Position numbers and translations under genes: made by a program. A DNA stretch of 64,000 nt, taken from positions 27,094,001-27,158,000 of the forward strand of contig CM120642.1 of assembly GCA_051362555.1 (NCBI GenBank), given 5' to 3'. The notes beneath the pieces are model-generated. The model was given only the letters and a program-made list of their open reading frames with translations, ran no database searches and had not been told where the DNA came from. This document shows, in pieces, positions 55,101 to 64,000 of this stretch. Source of the stretch: Lingula anatina. Lineage: Eukaryota > Animalia > Brachiopoda. Each line of letters opens with the position of its first letter. The stretch's first letter is position 1.

Positions 55101-56715
55101 CCAGTAAGGATATTCTTTTGAATAAAAATTTTGCAATTTAAACTTTTCTGGCTCTCTCAGTCATTTAGAATTTAATTATTATATGAAAAATGGAATAACA
55201 CATGGAATCCAAGTGTGGAGGTGAGTTTATTCTACAATATTCCTATAACACTTCTGTGAGGGATAACCAAGAGATATCTCTATGTACTTTTATCTATATA
55301 TGTATTAAGATATTTCTTAATGTTTTAAAAACCTATGGGGCAAAGGTAAAAGTATTCTGTTGAGGAAACTGATTTGCTTAATCCATGTACATTCAAGATA
55401 TATGTCCCTATTGTTTAAGTAGTACTATAATCCTGGTGAAAATATTAAATTCCCACTCATTCTCCATGGGTAAACACTACTTATTGCAAGTCAAATAAAT
55501 TTGATTGTCAAATCAAGCGGTCAGATAGATTACACTTATCAAGTGTTTAAACAATTAAAATTAGAAATGTGTAATAAATTCAGAGGACTGCCCCCTCCCC
55601 TCAAAAAAAATGGTATCATTTTGCTTTTGAAAAAAAAGATTGAATGCCATATATCTAATGTACATAATAAGTTTTAATGTAAACAGTCCTGTGAGATAAA
55701 GAGGAACACACATCAAAATAGAACAGATTAAATATTAACTTAAATACTGATTGAAAAGAATTGTAGTAATGTAGAGCGATCAAGATACCACGCCTTTTAT
55801 TTAAAATCATGCCCTATGTCCAAAGAGTTTTGCTTTTTAACAAATAAGACACTGAGAGTACTAATAACTTAAGTCAATTGTTTATGAAGATGAAGAAAAG
55901 GAGAAGTGCATTATGGAAGGAAAAGTCGGAGATAAGTCTCTATCACTACTTTTAACATTTTCCCTCATTATCAAAAAGTGTGCTCTTGTCAGAGAGGAAT
56001 CATTACAATAATTCAAAATATATATTTTTTTCAAACTATGTGTTACAAATGCATGGATGCTAGGATATATGGTTGATCCAAGAAGATAGAACTATACTGT
56101 TATATGTAGCCATCTGTAATTGTCACAATAAGAAACCTATCTTTAATTGTTGTTTATGTATTAATATTACCTTGATAAATATATTTTGGGTCATTGTAAA
56201 AATGTACTTGTACCAAAATTAAAATAAAATTATAAAAATATACATTTTTGCCAAGCAAGAATCTTTGGCTCTTTCAATAGTATATGTAATAAATTCAACT
56301 CCATGTCGCGAGCGGGTTATTTTCACTTTACTAACAGTTATACATTCTCTAACACTACTTCTGTAACAGCTAGAGCATAGACATCTGTAAACAAGAGCGT
56401 TTGGTGACAAGCAAAATCTTGCCTTGACAACGACAGCACCTAAGAAACAGAGGACCGTTTAAAATGAGAATTTACTTCAAAATGTTTGTATTGAATGTAT
56501 AACAACTTCGTGCAAGGGTCATACAATTACACAAGAGCGTCTCCAGAGCGCCCACTCACCTTGATCATCTTGAAACTCGTGACGTCTGTAGATTTAGTCC
56601 ACACGACAATTCCGTTTTTGTTATAATCCTGTCTCCAACCATCGTGGTTTTCACAAATTTCTTTTAGTTTCTCAAAGTCTGAGTCCATTGCGACTCTCAC
56701 CTCTCCCACCTGCAT
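46979..56715 (-). CDS. STARD10: START domain-containing protein 10 (PCTP-like lipid transfer), 267 aa
   Basis: Exons 56715-56560, 53620-53473, 51092-50989, 50699-50576, 49365-49313, 47197-46979. Motifs [63 protein letters not shown]. Confidence 0.95.
48840..49054. mobile_element. MITE subfamily B
   Basis: GACCCCATTCCCAGAG...CTCTGGGAATACACCC; TSD TAT/TAT. Confidence 0.85.
49123..49164. repeat. (TG)n microsatellite
   Basis: Direct reading. Confidence 0.95.
53945..54297. mobile_element. MITE with CAGTCTG...CAGACTG termini and 6-bp TSD (copy 2)
   Basis: TTAATG|CAGTCTG ... CAGACTG|TTAATG. Confidence 0.75.
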
Positions 56716-57356
56716 AGTTCTGTGTTAAGTTAGTATCCTGTTACTCGCTTCAAAGTTCGACCTGTCACGTTGTGTAGCATCTCTTTGAACCGGAAGTTAC
56801 GCGTGTATAACGTACTCAAAGATGACAGTTGCAAAAGCATAACAACAACGGTAGTTGCGTTCGAAGCATTCGTTAGTTAAGTGAAGCAGTAACATTTTAT
56901 CTCAATTCTAATATCTGTCACTATGAAAACAATTGATTTATTTAAAGAGCTTGCATTTTACTTATTAAATCATTCGTCTAATTTCGTCATGCAACCGTTA
57001 GCAGGTACTTTCTAAACATCATATCCATACGCATTGTTTATTCTATGTTTTCAGTAAATAATGACGGGTTAAACTTTATAAAAGATATAATTAAAACCAA
57101 AAATTCACTATTTCCAAGAGAAAAATGACAAACACTATAATGTTGACCCTTCCTTTAGACGTATTGTTATTTACTCGCGGATGGATTTCGCATAAAGGTT
57201 GTTAGGCTCGCTAGCCGGTGTCATCTAGCTGTGTGTTTCGTGTGGTTGTGGTGAAGAAGATAAGAACAAGTCATCAAACGAAGTATAGGTGTGACACATT
57301 TATTCTTGTTCACACATTTCTTATTGCAAAGCAAAAAACGAACGGGCTTTTGCAAG
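56716..57356. promoter_or_regulatory. Bidirectional promoter region STARD10/PGM2
   Basis: Divergent ATGs about 640 bp apart; ETS-type ACCGGAAGT near 56790; locally raised CpG. Confidence 0.6.
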
Positions 57357-60237
57357 ATGTCATTCAGTACTGGGGATTCCGTGCTTGATTCAACATTGAC
57401 CGACTGGCTGCGATGGGACCAGGTATACATTAATTATTAATTTTTTGTAAATTGTCTGTTCTCTGCATCTAAGTCTTACTCCTATAACATGCACGGTTTA
57501 GGGAGAGATATCTGCTTAGGTACCAAAAAAGTCAATAAATTAGAAAAAGATTCGCTTTTCCAGGTTGTTGAACAGTGGTAATGAACGGAATGAAGCTTAG
57601 TTCTACATGTAAATACGATGCACAAAGGTTTTATGTTTTTAATTTTAATAAATTGTCTTGGATAAGCTGCTTCCATATTAATGCTAAAAATTTAATGCCC
57701 GTATTTCGTGACTGGCTGTAGTCATATTTTGAAATGCTAGAAATTTTGGATATCCAAACGTTTACCCTTAACTTTTGCAGAACCCTGAATCCAAGTCTTT
57801 CATTGAGAAACTAATAGAAAGTAATAATGTGGATGAACTGCGTAATAGATTGCTGAAGAGAATGGAATTTGGAACTGCAGGTAAACTTTATTTTCTTAAC
57901 TTAAAAGATTATTATTATGTATTTTATTTAGTTATTTATTTTTATTTACATATTTTAAAATTTATTTTAAGTGATAACAGCTGTAATTAAATTCTCTTTA
58001 AAGGCAAAAAAGGACAAGTTACATTGTTTAACATCTCTTTAAGAAGTTATTTTAGTTATTTACTTTATTTGTAATTGGCTTTTTTATTTATTAATTTTTT
58101 TATTTATCAAGGAAAGTGCATTTGGGATGCATGGGAGTATGAACATTTCAAGATTTTGCAGAGAGAGTCATTTTATAAGAACATTATTTTGTCATCTTTA
58201 GTTATGACTACTTACACATAAGACTTTCTCATACCATGTACTGTATTTAAACCCAATGTTTCCAATGTCAGGTTTGCGTGCAAAGATGGGAGCTGGTAAC
58301 TCTATGATGAATGACTTGACAATCATACAGACATCACAGGTAAGATGTACTAAGATTGCTGCAATCTTTGTCTTCCAAAGTAAAGGCCTGCAGAAAACTC
58401 CATCCCTAACAAAATGTTAATAAAATTGAAATCTATAGAAAATTAATAATAAAATTAAATTTAAGCTGAAATTACCACTCTCAAACAATTGTCCATTTTA
58501 GTTGGCATGGTTTAAAATTTCAGATTATATAGTGCATATTTTTAGATAATAATGTTTCACAATTTAATTTTTAATCCTCATTTGTTCACAGTGCTAAGAT
58601 TTATGTGGAGTTTAGTTTTTAGGAACTTATTACTATTATTATATGTCTGTAATGTTTCAGATGTTCTTTGTAAATGTGCATCTGAAAGAAATGCTTATTT
58701 TTAACAACAAAATAGGCATCTTAAATTTCTTTATTATGATAGGAAAATATTCTTATTTTAGGGATTGGCAATGTATTTGGTCAGCTCTTCTCCCCATGTA
58801 ATAGAAAAAGGAGTGATGATTGGGTTTGATGCCAGACACAATAGCCAAAGGTTTGTAACAAATACTGTTGCATGAGCATGAATTTTGAAGCTTATCTATT
58901 GGTCAAGAAGCAGTGATGCAAAGTCCATTTTTCAGTGAGTTGACCTCCTAGTCTGTCATCTTGGATCTCCATGGCCACTGCAAATGCTAAATATGTCACC
59001 AAGAAGTTCTCGGTGTGTCTCAGTTATTTTCACTTATCTTAAAAATTCATGGTTGTGTAGCAAAGCAGTTATAGACTTTGTGTTTCAGTCATCTCATGTC
59101 TAGGTTCAACCCAAAGCCAGCCAAGAGATAGTGATCAGTTTTAGACTGCAACTAAGACCCCATTTCCAGAGATTAGATCGATCTACTTTAGATCGACCTA
59201 ACTCCCTGGGGGTTCACGCTAAATAGCTGTCAGCCGAGTGGACACAAAAGTTAATTACCCCCTTACAGCTTGTAGTAGGCGGGATGGACATTTAAGCCGG
59301 ATTATCTGACAGTAATCTAGTGAGACTCCCCGCGGGGATAGATCGATTTAAAAGCAGCCTAAGTAAGATATCACAAAAAATGGCAAGGTCGACGACTAGG
59401 GTGTGAAGTATAATCTGGCGCCAGTGTTTGTTAAATACATCTTTTACTTTATATGATATGAGCTCTTAACTATATTGTTTCATTAAAGAAAGGCATTATT
59501 TCATTTGTTTACCAATTAAATCAGAAATAAACCTTTCAACAAAGTTCCCTGGCACCAGATTGTGGTTTGTATTGTTGAGATTATATTGGCAGTTACAGTA
59601 TCAGTATATTAGTTACAATATCAATGCTCACATATTTTCTAGTATACCACTGACATGAAGCTAGACAGTAATTTCAATAGTAGCGAGTAATATCTGTATA
59701 AAGTCTTGTCTTACTAACAGTCTTGTCCGAGTTACCTTCTGGAAAGACTTCTTTCATATACTGTATAAGCTATAGTTCAATTTATAACGAAAATTGCATA
59801 GCTACACTGGAAAAGTTCCAGTATTAAGAAAGTCTACCAACTACATGTATTAAGTGAAGTAACAGAAACAGTTGTGTGTTTGATGTAATAGCAGTATTTT
59901 CTGCAATTTCAGCTCTATGGGCAAATTGATTTATGACATGATTAATCTTTCTTCCATTGCTTTATTTAGGTTTGCACAGCTGGCTGCCATTGCTTTCCTT
60001 CAGAAGAACATCCCTGTTTACCTATTTTCACAGATATGCCCAACACCTTTTGTTGTAAGTTAAAGCAACTTTTAAGATACTTTTTAGTAGGCACTTCTTT
60101 GGTTATCAGACTAAGAGTACATTTGCAAAATAAGTCGGAAATATAAAATAAACCTACCTGGGTAGGAATAATAGTGTTTTTTCATACTTGTAAAAATGTT
60201 TCTAGTAATAAGCAGAAATGCTATTTATCCTTTGGAC

Positions 60238-60311
<74 letters not shown>

Positions 60312-63300
60312 TTATGCCTACAGCCATATGCCACCGTGAAGCTAGGGTGTGTGTGTGGTATTATGGTCACTGCATCACATAACCCTAAGGAGGATAATGG
60401 ATATAAGGTAAACAATTACAGTTTTTCTGGGGTGATATCAGTCTGTATTTTCTTCTAGTCAGATATTGTGAAAATCTCCTGTGGTGTTCATCCGAGGTGA
60501 ATAACATTAGCATTTGAAGAGTAGAAAATTTATTTTACTTTTTTTTTTAGTCCTTTAGAATATGTTGGATTCCAGTTCATGCCATTAGTATCTTTTTTTT
60601 TCCTTTTTAATGTCATACCGTATATTTGATACATACAACTCAAGTGAATAAAATAATAAATGATATTTGTGTTTTTTGTGTTATTACAGGTTTACTGGGA
60701 AAATGGCGCTCAGGTAAGTACATTTTAGGTTAGCGGTTACAATTTCACATCTCCGCCAAGGATATTTTTATAATAGTCCATGAAACCTAAATCTGTATGT
60801 TGTTAAAAGAAATGTAATTTCTGTGGCTATGTTCACCTCAGTTTAACTTCAGGTTCCTGTTTCAGATTATATCTCCACACGACAAAGGGATTTCCAAGAG
60901 TATCACTGAGAACCAAGAACCTTGGCCTGAAGCCTGGAAAACGGACAGTCTGGATAGTAACCCACTTCTTAAGCAACCTTTTGAAGAAATCAAATCCTCC
61001 TATTTCCAGGAACTGCAAAAAATCTGCTTTTTCAAGTGAGCTCTTTAATGATTTGTTAATTTATTTATTAATTTTTCCCTTATGTCTTTTTCCCTTTGTA
61101 CTTTGCAGTTCTGACTTGTTCTATTGTTTAATTGGTTTTATAGGTTCTATTTTATATGATATCAAAATTTCAACAGTCTTAAAGGTTTTCACAAGTACAT
61201 GGACATATTGTTTGAATCAACTTGCAGAGAACTGAACCCATCTTCCCCACTGAAGTTTACCTACACAGCTATGCATGGTGTAGGTTACCTGTTTGCTGTG
61301 AGTGCATTTGAGGCATTTCATTTCAAGCCCTTCACTCCAGTTTTGGAACAGGTAAGAAGAAAAAACTATGAGTGCATTTTGTGTGACAATCAAGAGTTAA
61401 ATAACCTATGGTCATCCTAGACTTTGCCAACTGAGGGTTAAGGATACAGTGTAAAAGGACACCCATATTAATTTTAATGGATATTTTGATTGATGATTAT
61501 AAAGACTTGTGTAGAATCACACCTGGGCCCTTTCAAACAATCAGTTGTGATAATTTCATTCCCAGTTTTATAAACAACCCATTAGTCCCTAATAGATAAG
61601 CAAGGTGCACTAGTTTACTCCAATGATTAACATGCATACTTTCTCTTGAAAGATAGTTCCTGACCCAGAGTTCCCAACAGTGAAGTTCCCAAATCCTGAA
61701 GAAGGGAAGAGTGCACTGGTGAGCTTAAGGACACATTCCCATGGACACCATCGGTCTACGTAGATCAGTCCAACTCTCTGGGGACTCTCGCTGAATGCAA
61801 TAAGTTTTTAACAGATTAACACGCCTCCTCCTGATGTCAAGTAGAATACAGAAAAGCTGCTGATTATGCTAGAATGTTGGAAACAAGAGGGGGAATGTCA
61901 TTTAGTCAAGTTGATTGCACTCAGCAAGAGTCCACGCAGAGTTGGGTCAATCTACTTAAATCAGTGCAGGGTCTATGGGAATGGGATCTTAGACACCTGA
62001 GCTTCAGAGGTTACTAGATAATAATCTTCATTATCAGTTGGTCTCTGCAGTTATTTCCACTAATAGCAGTGGCATGTTGATAATAGAGTTTAGACTAGGT
62101 TCTGACAGATTTAAATCGATCCATCTGAATCAACCTTACTCCCTGGGGTTCATGCTAAATTGCTGTCAGCTTCCGGGAGCCAAGCGCGCAAGAAAGTTAA
62201 TTGCCCCCTTACAGCTTTTAGTAGGTGGAACAGACATTTAAGCTGACAGCAATCTAGTGAGACTCCCCAGGGGGATAGATCGGTCTAAATATCTGTGGGA
62301 ATGGTCTCTTAGTTTGCAACAATCTTGGAAATTCAGGGTGTAGGTAGGTCTTGCTTTGATGAAAGATTTTTTTATTAATGACAAATAAACCACTGAATAG
62401 GTCATTAAATACATTTCTAGCTCCCTTCACTATGTACAATATACACTCTCAATGTAATAAGTGTCAAATTTCTCTTAAAAACTTAAAGATAATAAAAAAT
62501 TTAATGTGAAATTAAGCTAATTCAACAGTTCACAGAAATCATGTTCTTCACATTTGGGGCAGATCAGACACTATATGAGATATTTCTCGTGGTGATTTTT
62601 ATTTGATAAGTAACATGGTATTTATCTATGTTGATCAGGATTATGCCATGAAGACAGCTGATGAAAACCACAGTATGGTGATACTAGCCAATGACCCTGA
62701 TGCTGACCGCTTGGCAGTGGCTGAAAAGCAACCAAGGTATCATGATAATAGTCATCAAAATTTATATTTTAAAGGCTTTTTCTATGTTGTTTATAAGTGA
62801 TATGAAACAGTTATGTAGTTTTAAAATGGTGCTGAATGATTTTGGAAAGGATTGATTATATGTATATTGTGACATTTTAATGAAATATATATTTATCCTA
62901 TTTACAAATTTGGGGGCCAAGGTTTTGAGGTGATTTTTTATAAGGCATTGAAAAAAATATAATTTCAACATGTCAGTTATTGCAGGAATTTTACCCAGGG
63001 ATGAGGTTTTTTTCTACTATAAGCAGATTTCTGAGTTTTTGGGAGCAAAAAAAAAAATAGCCTAGCCATCCCTGTGGACCCCAGGCTACTTTTACTAAAT
63101 GGCAGTCTCATACCTGTTTACCTGAAAGTGTTTGGTATAGGACAACAGTGCTTTTTTATATGTTTTAGTGGAGAGTGGCATGTGTTTACTGGCAATGAAC
63201 TGGGGGCATTGTTTGGATGGTGGCTGTGGTTTACCTTTAAGAAGGCAAATCCAACAGAAACTGGTGAGTTTTGGGATTAATTTTGTAGAGCACAGTATAC

Positions 63301-63966
63301 GTTTGACTTAAAACAATGATGATAGGACGTGCAAGCCACTCAATAAATCAAATGATTGTAAGTTCTTCCAACATTCATGTCACAAAGGTTGCAAATAGTT
63401 CCACCATATTAAGCATTATATAAATTACAGAAATAAATATTAGATGCACATGTTTGTGTTATTAATATTGATATGTGTCATGTATATGTGATACATATTC
63501 AGGGGCTGATGTTTACATGTTTGCCAGTACTGTGTCCTCTAAGATCCTTCACAGCATGAGCAAAAAGGAAGGTTTCAATTATGAGGCAAGTTAACCTTTT
63601 TTTAAATTGCAAAATAAAAAGCCACTATACACTTAACATTACAGTACACAAAAGGTTAAATAGAGAAAATATGTAGAAATAAGTAATTTTTTTTCTTGTG
63701 AACAGATTATGTCAAAAATATATTTTGTCAGACTTTTTGTCTCTCTTGTGAACCTAACTATCTTTTCTGAACTTAATTTTTTCTCAGCCATAACTAATAT
63801 AACAGCATTTAGAGAATAATGTAGATTAAAGAAAACGAATTGCTTGAATATTAATGTATCATTTAATTTCAGGAGACACTGACAGGGTTCAAATGGATGG
63901 GAAATCGTTCACATACGGTGATACAAGAAAAGAAACGCGTGGTGTTTGCCTTTGAAGAGGCTATAG
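57357..63966 (+). CDS. PGM2: Phosphoglucomutase-2 / phosphopentomutase (PGM2/PGM2L1 family), 5' part; continues past window end
   Basis: Exons 57357-57422, 57781-57880, 58272-58339, 58762-58850, 59970-60054, 60324-60407, 60690-60713, 60866-61035, 61228-61351, 61653-61718, 62639-62736, 63169-63263, 63503-63585, 63873-63966. Motifs WLRWD, RMEFGTAGLR, TASHNP (phosphoserine), NDPDADR (metal), ETLTGFKWMG, FAFEEAIG. Confidence 0.97.
59156..59359. mobile_element. MITE subfamily B (right TIR partly deleted)
   Basis: Highly similar to 48840-49054; flanks TAA/TAA. Confidence 0.85.
60241..60306. repeat. (TA)n microsatellite
   Basis: Direct reading. Confidence 0.95.
61729..61988. mobile_element. MITE subfamily C
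   Basis: GGACACATTCCCAT...ATGGGAATGGGATC; flanks TAA/TTA; homologous to 16185-16431. Confidence 0.8.
62093..62308. mobile_element. MITE subfamily B (diverged)
   Basis: Shares AAAGTTAATT...CCCCTTACAGCT...GACATTTAAGC...CTAGTGAGACTCCCC core; TSD TTA/TTA. Confidence 0.8.
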
Positions 63967-64000
63967 GTAAGAAACCAGTGCTCTGCATTCTATGCTTAAT

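Overview
AT-rich, intron-rich invertebrate animal DNA (mollusc-like repeat content; the taxon is inferred). Five spliced genes were reconstructed exon by exon. (1) The 5' half of an AF4/FMR2 (AFF/lilli) gene on -, with a 22-kb first intron. (2) Complete RPS3A (-), head-to-head with (3) complete PDZD11 (+). (4) Complete STARD10 (-), head-to-head with (5) the 5' part of PGM2 (+), which has one GC-AG intron. Introns carry many short non-autonomous DNA elements (Harbinger-like foldbacks, hAT-like elements with 5/6/8-bp TSDs, Kolobok-like TTAA elements). The standout is an intact, very young Ty3/Gypsy retrotransposon (24572-30024, -) in AFF intron 1. It has one 1631-aa gag-pol ORF, two identical LTRs of only 98 bp with non-canonical TA...TA termini, and a 5-bp TSD (GATAT). 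It has no tRNA-type primer binding site: the 11 nt after the 5' LTR are instead complementary (10/11) to a segment of the LTR itself. This geometry suggests Tf1-like self-primed reverse transcription in an element with no visible chromodomain. All coordinates were read by eye and no database searches were run.
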